Shown: piece after piece, positions 41,501 to 48,930 of the stretch
Numbering within the stretch: position 1 is the first letter of the stretch
Layout: every line of letters begins with the position of its first letter
Translations under genes and position numbers: made by a program
The notes under the pieces: model-generated
Database searches by the model: none
Told to the model about the DNA's origin: nothing
The model's input: the letters and a program-made list of their open reading frames with translations, nothing else
Source of the DNA: a virus
Strand: one strand, 5' to 3'
DNA length: 64,000 bases
IMG/VR virus record: IMGVR_UViG_3300035670_000024

Positions 41501-42114
41501 GAAAATGTTGGTGTATGCTTTAATGTTGTATAATCTTTATATGCAAGTCCATTTGGATCTGCATCAAGAACTGAAAATCCATATAAAAATGATGCTCCAG
41601 TAAGTCTAAAAATAGCAGATCTTTCTATAGCATTATTAGTTGGATCTGGAACATATAAGGGTCTGATTACAGTTTTTCTAAGATCCTTTGCTACAATACT
41701 TACACCACGAGGAAGAATCAAACCACCATGAACAGAATTTAATTTATAAAGATCATTAGTTGCAGATGTTATATCATAAACAGTATCTAAAGACCATGGT
41801 GTTATTGTAGTATTTGCTCCACTTCTGAGTTTTATACTTCCAGTATCATCTATGAATGCTCCAGGGCGATTATCAACAAGATGTTGTCCTGGATATATTA
41901 ATATTGTTGTTCTACCAAATCTATCATTATCTAAACCTGCCTGATATGAGAATCTCGCTGCTTCTGCTAGTGCCCTGTTTAAAGTTTTAAACGGAACCAT
42001 TTGACTGCTTCCGTCATTCTCAATGCTATCTGTAGAATCTAAAGCATTTGGATCAACATGAAGTAGGTTGCCACGAACAGACTTCAAAAATGCTTCTAAT
42101 CTGGAAAGACCCAT
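35599..42114 (-). CDS. Very large cyanophage tail fibre/structural protein (2171 aa)
   Basis: MGLSRLEAFLK start, PFKTLNRAL, SPYVFNVSLRS, RASGHTFEYVGFGPGNYS; late promoter at 42144-42150. Confidence 0.75.
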   Translation of the reverse strand: MGLSRLEAFLKSVRGNLLHVDPNALDSTDSIENDGSSQMVPFKTLNRALAEAARFSYQAGLDNDRFGRTTILIYPGQHLVDNRPGAFIDDTGSIKLRSGANTTITPWSLDTVYDITSATNDLYKLNSVHGGLILPRGVSIVAKDLRKTVIRPLYVPDPTNNAIERSAIFRLTGASFLYGFSVLDADPNGLAYKDYTTLKHTPTFSHHKLTCFEYADGVNDVAITDIFNQSISTSRTDLEMYYEKISLVYGDSSGRPIDDVIYSTGAAVDIQPVVDEFRIVGSRGKDFQISEIRAGNGFTPTNIITVTTTEPLEGISVDTSIQVSGINESGYSGQFTVFRVLGTNQFQYKSSIVPQVASPEIFGANISIVTDTVSSASPYVFNVSLRSVYGMCGLHADGSKADGFKSMVVAQFTGIGIQKDDNAFVLYDKNTGVYRDSVAVPNLYKNSRARFKPEYENYHIKVSEGGFCQLVSIFAIGFANQFLAESGGDYSITNSNSNFGSKALVSDGFSRDAFPRDDVGFITKIIPPRDIESQKITVEFNSIDVGLTTTSAAGAATTTRLYLYDEKDFNNPPRTLLDGYRVGAAKNETLYLENSTASVVIPDTTTSYEKSFNVARINNNTENSISSGIINFTQTDTFQTGEKVRVVSDNGYLPDGIEDKIYYAIDVTTGGNNQIRLAETFDSALNNVFVNLNTKGGNLRVVSRVSDKNVGEIGHPVQWDSIKSNWYITVAPNSTLYTHLLSKTGVETTNKTYIERIPDRRNIEDTIYKFEYVIPKDSSVVARPPVDGYVLQKSNKNLLGENEIDIYFGDESLQNVNDLRSPKYISNATWNAGEAIITSELDHELLVGSKVKIENVVPDGYNGTYTVKRITNSKQFVVDIIINPGLFSNNTTTRDLNLPYFQPKETVNTYKLYTIETIQEYIPEKQDGIYELIILNNSVSPIASPFNNIKLSQPIKNLYPQTDRDNPSSDPKEAVSFAKLDIIGEVTLDSSENSITKETLTKFISDFNVGFGVTAIVSDSVGTSHTIYTTIDHGLSQINSFSIVSAGSSYVPGTYYGVDLQGSATGIGAKVAIDVNSTGNISSVQIMDGGSCYAVGNTLSILPRSGIGTTTGFVPATISVTSISNNINEVVSLSGYTGINTGYNNLYRITSIPANNRIVVSSAGIVTNFSTSLVSSDSTAVVTGIALTVSNFTYDRIVGIATVTTLSSHDLNLNQKIRLDGFTQSFYNKDVSVSKILSSTSFEIVGIGTSTTTPATTGTRIVHPYGYNTSQRGNDRGRYIYDKLILTNNSLVSSSSDIISITNAQNTGLKIGDYLKINQEVLRVKSPVVNSNVSVYRAQFGTVRSSHSSGSVIQRIKPIPIEFRRNTIIRASGHTFEYVGFGPGNYSTAFPERQDRKLSDTEKILSQSLKYNGGVVYYSGTDDSGDFYAGNKKTTSATGKEEVFDTPIQTFAGDESSTNEIVKTNDVVIDRSIRVGGGKNNNVVSEFNGPIVLNEKLTSYSPEGIEVPSIFLQGDQEISRRYSISNEEPSISGNYGDIIYRASPNEGENIGWVYTTNDRWKTWGYVGDLGTQISIYSGVENGSNILEGVVDKLKFVGDPNGFGIDVDIEIDPTVGFGTIVLRNPIDIINFGTSTLGTNAPTFTTRSNGTRIVYYDSLDTNNVDYAVGIGSNILWNSIPKNESGFSFKWYGGQVELMSLSGSGQLTVSNGIIGVLNGDVNGNATTATTAINLTRSVIAGVGLTGGGILNNQNVTLSVGQGSGITVSGTTVGINTDVVVTRSDNQSISGIKTFTNTIQGTITNAINASTSTTSTNLNRSVIAGNGLTGGGILNGQDVTLNIGQGSGITVNADSIQVDSTVVRDSGPQTIGGVKTFTSTISGSITGNAGSVTNGVYTVGDQSINGILTVNDLFVGTDVGDPAANAGNTNASRLGDGVFSINRIDEVPVRIGRSNNGALIWWFRNGNNEGTISNAGGTISYGTFLGTHWGRFEDGSKPDVLPGTILETVNKLIEWKVAVFNVNGEEKISAYEGSLKAGDTIQIGYEGNIYDAIIKNEEEIPYDLNKHVCVKISDTPASKKVFGVFLGWDDNDIPEKMVNTWNDMNCAAIGNYFIRIASGQTLEIGDLIESDGNGCGRVQDDDIIRSKTVGKVTSTIPQRVYDDGSFLVTAVLYCG

Positions 42115-42173
42115 CTTTATTACACTATAAGTTCCTTATCATTTATTTATTCATAAGAAACTTCCCCTTCAAT

Positions 42174-42341
42174 TTATATTTTGTTCTGAATAAGATACTC
42201 TACAGTATTTGCAATATCATTCATAGCATCCCTCAGTTCAGGTCTTTGTCCAGATTCCTGTCGTATAATTGGTCTATGATCATCAGTCAATGTCCATCTC
42301 CACTGCTTCATAGACTCGCACCACCAGAGATTGATTTTCAT
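42174..42341 (-). CDS. Small hypothetical protein (55 aa), below ORF-track cutoff
   Basis: Manual translation MKINLWWCESMKQWRWTLTDDHRPIIRQESGQRPELRDAMNDIANTVEYLIQNKI; fills the gap on the coding strand. Confidence 0.7.
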   Translation of the reverse strand: MKINLWWCESMKQWRWTLTDDHRPIIRQESGQRPELRDAMNDIANTVEYLIQNKI

Positions 42342-42359
42342 AATCTTTTTATGAACTTA

Positions 42360-42431
42360 AGCCACTTGTCAGATTTGAACTGACGACCGCTCGCTTACAA
42401 GGCGAGTGCTCTACCACTGAGCTAAAGGGGC
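42360..42431 (-). tRNA. trnT: tRNA-Thr(UGU)
   Basis: GCCCCTTTAGCTCAGTGGTAGAGC-A-CTCGC CT TGT AA GCGAG...GTTCAAAT...AAGTGGC; no encoded CCA. Confidence 0.92.
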
Positions 42432-42441
42432 GAATAAAATC

Positions 42442-42470
42442 ATTATAAGGTATTTAGAGAATTTCGTCAA
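42442..42470 (-). promoter_or_regulatory. Sigma70-type promoter for tRNA-Thr (TTGACG-17-TATAAT) with nested CTAAATA
   Basis: Read directly; 17-nt spacer. Confidence 0.8.
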
Positions 42471-42732
42471 GCACTTCTGGATTCTCAAGTTCAACAGGAA
42501 ATAAACATGGATGCACTTCTTCGTCTATAAGATAGAAAGATTTTTGATAAAAGATTTCAGGAGTCATTGTAAGTTGTTGATTTGCTTTTTCAATTATTTC
42601 AGGATCATTCTGAGCAATTTCAGGAATATCATCAAATGTAAAAGGAATGTTATTAATGTAGTATGTCTTTATAATATATTTTCCATCTTGAGTATTATAC
42701 CAATTATAAGAAAAGGTGATTAGATACTTCAT
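42454..42732 (-). CDS. Hypothetical protein
   Basis: 92-aa ORF with ATAAATA late motif at 42753-42759. Confidence 0.65.
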   Translation of the reverse strand: MKYLITFSYNWYNTQDGKYIIKTYYINNIPFTFDDIPEIAQNDPEIIEKANQQLTMTPEIFYQKSFYLIDEEVHPCLFPVELENPEVLDEIL

Positions 42733-42794
42733 TAGAATTCATCAGTATCTTATATTTATTTTTTATTTTTACCTCTAGAATTTTACCTTAAAAG

Positions 42795-42880
42795 TAGGCG
42801 AGGCGAGACTTGAACTCGCATGGGCACAATGCCCGTCAGATTTTAAGTCTGAGATGTCTAACCAATTCCATCACTCGCCC
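42795..42880 (-). tRNA. trnL: tRNA-Leu(UAA)
   Basis: GGGCGAG acceptor, TCAGA CT TAA AA TCTGA anticodon arm, long variable arm, GTTCAAGT. Confidence 0.92.
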
Positions 42881-42902
42881 AATAAGATCCTTAAGGATCT
42901 AG

Positions 42903-42976
42903 TGGAAATGCTGGGGATTGAACCCAGAACCTCACGCTTATAAGGCGTGTGCTCTAACCAGTTGAGCTACATTTCC
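42903..42976 (-). tRNA. trnI: tRNA-Ile(UAU)
   Basis: GGAAATG/CATTTCC acceptor, CACGC CT TAT AA GCGTG anticodon arm, GGTTCAAT, discriminator A. Confidence 0.88.
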
Positions 42977-42987
42977 GAAGTGAGACA

Positions 42988-43016
42988 ATCATAAGGTATA
43001 AACCCCAGATTGTCAA
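42988..43016 (-). promoter_or_regulatory. Sigma70-type promoter for tRNA-Ile/tRNA-Leu (TTGACA-17-TATGAT)
   Basis: Read directly; near-copy at 43108-43136. Confidence 0.8.
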
Positions 43017-43017
43017 G

Positions 43018-43099
43018 TGCCCCTAGTCAGATTTGAACTGACAAGCCTCGTAGGCGGTTGATTTTGAGTCAACTGTGTTTACCGTTTCACCACAGGGGC
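43018..43099 (-). tRNA. trnL: tRNA-Leu(CAA)
   Basis: GCCCCTG acceptor, GTTGA CT CAA AA TCAAC anticodon arm, long variable arm, GTTCAAAT. Confidence 0.9.
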
Positions 43100-43107
43100 A
43101 TGAGACA

Positions 43108-43136
43108 ATCATAAGACCTAAATCTCAGATTGTCAA
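43108..43136 (-). promoter_or_regulatory. Sigma70-type promoter for tRNA-Leu(CAA) (TTGACA-17-TATGAT)
   Basis: Read directly; 17-nt spacer. Confidence 0.8.
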
Positions 43137-43144
43137 GTGAGTCT

Positions 43145-43351
43145 TCAAGATTCGTATGTAGGAGGATTATACTTCAGATATTCAAAGAATGTCAACCTCA
43201 TTTCCTTATGTGACATTCCGCAATGTTCGGCAGCTTGAGGTAAATTCATCTTTGAATGAAACAAACCTTCATTCGCTTCTCTTACATTTTCTGGTGTTGT
43301 TTTTACTCGTTCTAGTTTCAAATCGTTGTATGTTATTTTGTATGGATTCAT
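43145..43351 (-). CDS. Small hypothetical protein, possible helix-turn-helix
   Basis: MNLPQAAEHCGMSHKEM resembles an HTH. Confidence 0.6.
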   Translation of the reverse strand: MNPYKITYNDLKLERVKTTPENVREANEGLFHSKMNLPQAAEHCGMSHKEMRLTFFEYLKYNPPTYES

Positions 43352-43379
43352 TGTATCTTAGCAAATTTTGTCTAAGGTG

Positions 43380-43676
43380 TCAAGACTGTAAACTTGTTTG
43401 AATTGCTCCGATTTCGGTTTGTAGTGCCCCAATAGCAGCATTTAAATCTTCAATTGCTTGTAAGATATCCACCCCTTGAACAGTTAATATACCATCAATT
43501 GTAACATCATCATCAAACTTTGCTCTTTTTTTTACATCTAGTTTACCACTTAAATCTAAATCAACAGTTCCATCCTCATTAAAAACGAATGGATCATTGC
43601 TTTCTGGCATTTCAGGTGGTTCCTGGGGAGTAAACTCAGGACCAATAATTTCAGTTGTAGCTGCACCAACGGCCAT
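43380..43676 (-). CDS. Hypothetical baseplate-region protein with C-terminal coiled coil
   Basis: 98-aa ORF with GGAG SD. Confidence 0.6.
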   Translation of the reverse strand: MAVGAATTEIIGPEFTPQEPPEMPESNDPFVFNEDGTVDLDLSGKLDVKKRAKFDDDVTIDGILTVQGVDILQAIEDLNAAIGALQTEIGAIQTSLQS

Positions 43677-43686
43677 TTTTAATCTC

Positions 43687-44355
43687 CTATAATGATAACC
43701 AAAGACTTGGATGAGGCATAGATTGATGATGTAGATTATATTCTGGTTTTAAACATAATTTAACATCACCAGCAATTACATATCTATCACTTAAATTTTC
43801 TTTTTTCAAAGTAGAGTGTGATAGATTACTTGGGAATATAACAACTGTTCCTTCATGAGGTGTTATTGTATAATTCCCGCAATTATACTTATTAAACTTT
43901 TTAATCAAATTATATTTATTACTTGGTTCAAAAATATTTCCTGATACTTCATTTAGATTATTTGAACTATGAACGCAAAACTTATCTGAAGTATCATCAG
44001 AAGACAAATAATAGCAAAAAGAAATATCTGATCCATTATGTATGTGAGGTTGTAATTGGGGAATATCTTTATTATGATATCCAACCCACGATTTTATAAA
44101 GTTAATATTTAATTTATTATGGTCTATTTCTAATAAATCCAAGTAATTACATATACTTTCTTTTAAAGATTTGAAAAGAATGTGATAATTAGAATTTAAA
44201 TGTAAAGAACATCTTCCAGAATTTTCTGGAGTTTCATTCTCATAACCATTAAACCATAAAGTTTTTAATTCGTCAAAGTATTGATCTTTAAATTCTTGAT
44301 GTACTTTTACTGTATCTTGAGCAACTAATATTGGAAAGACCTCATGAATTCTCAT
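43687..44355 (-). CDS. 2OG-Fe(II) oxygenase (TIGR02466-like)
   Basis: SW..PHIH..S..YY..EGTVVIFPSNLSH..R.VIAG pattern. Confidence 0.8.
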   Translation of the reverse strand: MRIHEVFPILVAQDTVKVHQEFKDQYFDELKTLWFNGYENETPENSGRCSLHLNSNYHILFKSLKESICNYLDLLEIDHNKLNINFIKSWVGYHNKDIPQLQPHIHNGSDISFCYYLSSDDTSDKFCVHSSNNLNEVSGNIFEPSNKYNLIKKFNKYNCGNYTITPHEGTVVIFPSNLSHSTLKKENLSDRYVIAGDVKLCLKPEYNLHHQSMPHPSLWLSL

Positions 44356-44356
44356 A

Positions 44357-45148
44357 TTATGTGTTTATGTTATACTCACTATTATCGCCTGGATAGTCGT
44401 CTGGTGTCAAGCCTTGATATTCTGGAATCAGATCTTCACCATCAGTTCTTGTTCCATAAACATGATAAAAACAATCAATGGGCATTCCACCTTTTGCTTG
44501 AAGGTGAATTTGAGTTTTATCAATTCTTTTTACAATTACATCCTGATGAGCACCAACAGGAGTTAACGACACTGTAATTGATTGAGTATCTACAAATGTT
44601 TTCCAATATTCTGGAAGTTGAATGACAGTTTTATTTGTAACTCTTCCGCGAACATATACATCATTGGATGGAGATTCTGGACAGGTATGCCTCAATCTCC
44701 ATCCTTCTTTTGTTGGGTGAGGAATATCAAAGTTCTTCTTTGCGGATAATCTGTGAGCACCACAAAAAGCCCAAACATCTCCTTGAGATGCAACTAACAC
44801 CCCTGCTCTTACGGAAAGACCAGCATTGACACTTAGATTAACATCTAAGTTATCAAAAATAGCTGCATCTCCTATTACCGCAAGAGAATATGGAGAATTA
44901 TTTATAGGAATACATGTTTGAAGAATTCCAGGAATAAATGGAAGAGGAGACTCGCTATTTGTTAGAGGAGCAATCATACATGTTGCCCAAACATTTGGAA
45001 AAGTTACATGATTTCCAATAAGTGCTGGACCTTGTGTATATGAAGAACCTCGTATTCTTAATGGGCCTCTTCCCAAAATTTCAGGACCTACAGGATCTTT
45101 TACATTAAAAAATTGACCTTTTACATAAATGTTATCAAAACTTGCCAT
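44357..45148 (-). CDS. Baseplate-hub-associated protein with chaperone-like C-terminal domain
   Basis: KNFDIPHP..LRHTCPESP..VYVRG..LPEYW..VSLTP motif; downstream of gp5. Confidence 0.55.
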   Translation of the reverse strand: MASFDNIYVKGQFFNVKDPVGPEILGRGPLRIRGSSYTQGPALIGNHVTFPNVWATCMIAPLTNSESPLPFIPGILQTCIPINNSPYSLAVIGDAAIFDNLDVNLSVNAGLSVRAGVLVASQGDVWAFCGAHRLSAKKNFDIPHPTKEGWRLRHTCPESPSNDVYVRGRVTNKTVIQLPEYWKTFVDTQSITVSLTPVGAHQDVIVKRIDKTQIHLQAKGGMPIDCFYHVYGTRTDGEDLIPEYQGLTPDDYPGDNSEYNINT

Positions 45149-45159
45149 AAATATTCTCT

Positions 45160-45753
45160 CTATGCGATTAAATTAAAGAAACCTAATAATGCTCTTTGCC
45201 AAAACTGCCCATTTCCAATATCAAAATCAATTGGAGGTTTAATTGCACTCATAGAAGTTACATTTTGCATCTCTCCAGCATACATTCTCATTATATTTGT
45301 AGCAGTCATTTGCATTGAACCATTTGTATACAAACTTGTGGATTGTTTTCCATTAAGTTCTATTTGTTTAGCCTCCATATTTAGTTCTTGGGAAGCAACT
45401 AAATTTATGTTACCATTATTATTATCAGGGCCATATGCAATTATATCAATATTTTCTGCCTCCATTCGGATTCTACCACGAGTGGTAATTACTATATCAC
45501 CACTTGCAGAATCTAACCAAAATGCAGGTTGACCTTTTTGAACATTATCACCACATTTAATTTGATATCTTCCCCTACATCTATTTGTAATCCATCCAGG
45601 CCTTGGATCAGTTTGATCTATAGTAATATATTCAAGACCACCTTGCCCTTGAAGAAGAATTGATGATTTAACTTGATCTAAATGAATGTGACCAAATCTT
45701 AAGGCACCATCTTTAGTTCTTATATCTTTAGTTTCATAATTTTTTGATGTCAT
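45160..45753 (-). CDS. gp5 C-terminal beta-helix-like protein
   Basis: Repeating GDIVI..GRIRMEAENIDI..GNINLVA beta-strands; directly after gp5. Confidence 0.5.
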   Translation of the reverse strand: MTSKNYETKDIRTKDGALRFGHIHLDQVKSSILLQGQGGLEYITIDQTDPRPGWITNRCRGRYQIKCGDNVQKGQPAFWLDSASGDIVITTRGRIRMEAENIDIIAYGPDNNNGNINLVASQELNMEAKQIELNGKQSTSLYTNGSMQMTATNIMRMYAGEMQNVTSMSAIKPPIDFDIGNGQFWQRALLGFFNLIA

Positions 45754-45762
45754 TTTTTATAA

Positions 45763-48690
45763 TTACCTCCTACATTTTATACAACCAGTACAATCAACTA
45801 CATTAATAACCTTTGAATCCTTTGGAACATCAAATTCTCCATTTTCACATATTCTCTTAACTGTGATTATTGGTACAAGTAAAGCATTGAATCCAGTAGG
45901 AGAATTTGTTTTAATTTCCGGAATGTCGTCAAAACCGCAACCACCACTTAAGACTTTAACTTCTGTAATTTGACCAAATTCATTAATTATTGGTTTTACT
46001 ACCATACCATTACTAGGAGTAATAACAATCTCATCTTCAGGTCTATATGCAAATCCTGTTTGAATAACTTGTATTTCTTCTACGCATAACACTGCTTTGT
46101 AACATAATCTTTCTTGATCTTGAATAGTTTGATCATTTTGTGCATTTTGGTTTACTATAGCAAAATCATCAACAACAGGTATATTTATTGGATTTACTGG
46201 GAGAAGCGGAAGTTCTATAATTCGGGTATCCTCAGATTCTGGATCAGATAGATTTTCATTTGGAATAGTAGTACCAGAACCAGTAGTAGTTCCAATACCA
46301 GGGCCACCTGGAGTAGTAGTTCCGATACCAGCAGTAGTAGTGGTTCCAATACCAGCGGCAGCAGTGGTTCCAATTCCTGTTTGATTTATATCAAGAACTA
46401 TAATTGTACCTTCAGCAATGTTTAAACCCTCAACTGAAGATCCACCTTTTACAATATTATTTGGAATAGTATTTAAAGATAAAGTATCGTTATTAATAAA
46501 TCCATAATATTTTCTAGATCTTCCTTGTGTGTTAGTTATAGTTATTTTAGCAGGACAATTTTTTGATGATACATTTTGAGGTATATTTACTTTATATTTT
46601 GTGTATTTTACGGAAAGAGTTTCTGGTTTACCATTTGGGGGATAATAAGTTTCTCCAGGATTTAGTTCTACTGGTTTATTGATTCTGACAACTTTAAATT
46701 CCCCATTGCAACTCCTAATATAACCCTCATCTGGTTCCTTCCAAACAAATCCATCTCCTCCCATACTACCATTGGGTTTTTGTAAATAACCCGTACCAGG
46801 AGATTTTACCAAAATATTTTTTATTTTGAGTTTTCCAGGATTATTTTCATCAGGTTCCATTATAGCTTCAAATGCTCCACCAGATCCATTTCCACAAGGA
46901 TCCTCAAGAGTAACGATTGGCGCAGATGTATACGATCCTGGATTTACAATATCAAAACCAATAATTGATGAACTATTACTAACTATTGGATTTGCTTGTC
47001 CTCCAGAACCATTTCCCCCAAAGAAATTAACTTTAGGAGGACCACAAAAAACAGGTTCAACATTACAATTAATTCTAGAACCACTTCCTGTTGTTCCTCC
47101 TCTATTTGCTTGATTAAGACTATTAAGAATTCCTGAAGAAAAATTTCCTATTGCTATTGCTGGTTTAGCTGGTCCTGCTAAATCTATCTGATCGTAACCT
47201 GGACATTGTTGCTGCTCATCACATTTGAAAAAATTCAAAATTCCACTTAATAAAGAAAATGCACTTGCAACTAAACCTGCAATATTTCCAATAGTACCCA
47301 AAACTGATGATAGTGCAGAACTTATTTGTCCGAGAATAGGGTTTAAAAAGTCAGAGATAAGTTGCTGAACCGCACAAATTGGACCACTAACTAAATTTGC
47401 TAACAAGTCAGTAAGAAGTTTTACAAATGTTGGTACGAGAGCTTGCATTATATTTCTAAACAAGCAAGAAAGAATTTCAAGCGCCTCAGAAACTATATTA
47501 TTATAAGTTGGAATTTCGCTAGGAAAAAGATTTGGTATTACCCTCTTTTGCAATTCTTCTGTTATTAAAATTTGCAATTCTTCTAATACACGAGTTAATA
47601 TATTAATCATGTATGAAGATGCAAATTGAGCAGCTGTTTGAATTAAACTTGAAGTTTGAGATTGAATTGAACTTGCCGCTACAGATACTTCTCCTGCTAT
47701 TTTTGCTATATTATTAGAATCTTTAATTAAATTATTAAGAACTTTTGCAATTCCTTGAACATCAGAATCAACTTTCTTACATGCATTTCTTAGAGGTCTT
47801 TGTACTCTTTTATCTTGATCCTGAATATCCCATGCTAATGTCTTTAAATGAAGTCCTTCTGTAATTTGAAGAGGAATATTATAAACATTTAAGTTATCTG
47901 GAACATATGCTGGCGCTTTATTTGAGTCACTAAAAGTGTCATTAAATTGTTGATAACCTTGATTGCAGAGAAATGGAACTGGTGAAGATGCTCCAGGAAG
48001 TCTTGATGCTTTTACTGTAGCAATTAATACTTGTCTTTCAATTTCTGGTAAGGGAAGACCTTTTAATTTTGCTTCAGATCTTGCCTTTGAAGCTGCAGAA
48101 AATTCTTCTCTACTTGGAGTTCTTGCTGGATTGAGAAGTTTTTTTAATTGATCTGAACTTAATTGATCTACATTTGGTGGCAATGGTAAATTAGCCAGAC
48201 TGCCTGGGCCAATAGATGGAGCAGGAGGATTTGAAAGTATAGGTCCAGATAAAGAAGGTGCTACTGCAGTTTGGTTTGGTGCAGCTGCTCCTCTTACCTT
48301 TGGTACATTATTATTTGAATTGCCAAGAACTCCTACAATATATCCTTCTTGACCCGCCATTCCATCCATGAAGAATCCAAATACTACGGATCCAGATTCT
48401 ATAGATGGAGTTACTGATGCACCACCATGACCAGATCCTGCAGTAACGGGCATAATGACTTGACAAAAAGCCATTTGATCTGGAGGAAGTGTAGCTAAAT
48501 CTCCAGTATGCCAATTAAAAACTCTTACTTTATAGCGATACCCCCACCCTTCAATTCCGGCAATATTAGTAAATGTTTGTGCTTCTATATTATCTTGCCA
48601 AGTCTCTTTAGATTCTACTCTCCCTAACCACCAGGGAGGACTCATAAAAGTACCGGATTCAAACAATCCACCAGTTAATTGATCAGACAT
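45763..48690 (-). CDS. gp5: Baseplate hub subunit gp5-like (OB-fold N-terminus)
   Basis: WWLGRV..RYKVRVFNWH..LPPD..VMPVTAG..VFGFFMDG..Q..IVGVLG. Confidence 0.8.
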   Translation of the reverse strand: MSDQLTGGLFESGTFMSPPWWLGRVESKETWQDNIEAQTFTNIAGIEGWGYRYKVRVFNWHTGDLATLPPDQMAFCQVIMPVTAGSGHGGASVTPSIESGSVVFGFFMDGMAGQEGYIVGVLGNSNNNVPKVRGAAAPNQTAVAPSLSGPILSNPPAPSIGPGSLANLPLPPNVDQLSSDQLKKLLNPARTPSREEFSAASKARSEAKLKGLPLPEIERQVLIATVKASRLPGASSPVPFLCNQGYQQFNDTFSDSNKAPAYVPDNLNVYNIPLQITEGLHLKTLAWDIQDQDKRVQRPLRNACKKVDSDVQGIAKVLNNLIKDSNNIAKIAGEVSVAASSIQSQTSSLIQTAAQFASSYMINILTRVLEELQILITEELQKRVIPNLFPSEIPTYNNIVSEALEILSCLFRNIMQALVPTFVKLLTDLLANLVSGPICAVQQLISDFLNPILGQISSALSSVLGTIGNIAGLVASAFSLLSGILNFFKCDEQQQCPGYDQIDLAGPAKPAIAIGNFSSGILNSLNQANRGGTTGSGSRINCNVEPVFCGPPKVNFFGGNGSGGQANPIVSNSSSIIGFDIVNPGSYTSAPIVTLEDPCGNGSGGAFEAIMEPDENNPGKLKIKNILVKSPGTGYLQKPNGSMGGDGFVWKEPDEGYIRSCNGEFKVVRINKPVELNPGETYYPPNGKPETLSVKYTKYKVNIPQNVSSKNCPAKITITNTQGRSRKYYGFINNDTLSLNTIPNNIVKGGSSVEGLNIAEGTIIVLDINQTGIGTTAAAGIGTTTTAGIGTTTPGGPGIGTTTGSGTTIPNENLSDPESEDTRIIELPLLPVNPINIPVVDDFAIVNQNAQNDQTIQDQERLCYKAVLCVEEIQVIQTGFAYRPEDEIVITPSNGMVVKPIINEFGQITEVKVLSGGCGFDDIPEIKTNSPTGFNALLVPIITVKRICENGEFDVPKDSKVINVVDCTGCIKCRR

Positions 48691-48692
48691 AA

Positions 48693-48908
48693 TTAATCAT
48701 CATACATTCTACACTCTAGGGCATCTGGATGTGAATCACAGTAAAGTTCCAAAGCAGTTGGATCATGATTATCATTTGGATGATTTTCCTGATATCTTTC
48801 AAGATCATGCAATTCACCTTCCAAGTGACGACGACGCTGACCACTGATAGTAGGACTATCTAATTCATTATAATCATCATTAATATGTTGTTGAAGTGTC
48901 CTGTCCAT
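48693..48908 (-). CDS. cp12: CP12 Calvin-cycle inhibitor (auxiliary metabolic gene)
   Basis: RRRHLEGELHDLERY..DPTALELYCDSHPDALECRMYDD, picocyanobacterial/cyanophage CP12 C-terminal signature. Confidence 0.93.
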   Translation of the reverse strand: MDRTLQQHINDDYNELDSPTISGQRRRHLEGELHDLERYQENHPNDNHDPTALELYCDSHPDALECRMYDD

Positions 48909-48930
48909 ATACGAACAAAAATATTGTTAA

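Noticed and set aside
7229-42114. Diversity-generating retroelement acting on fibre tips
   Set aside because: No reverse transcriptase in the window and no TR/VR pair with adenine-specific mismatches was noticed; not exhaustively excluded
42048-42383. 111-aa plus-strand ORF
   Set aside because: It overlaps tRNA-Thr, the 55-aa minus-strand gene and the start of the 2171-aa gene
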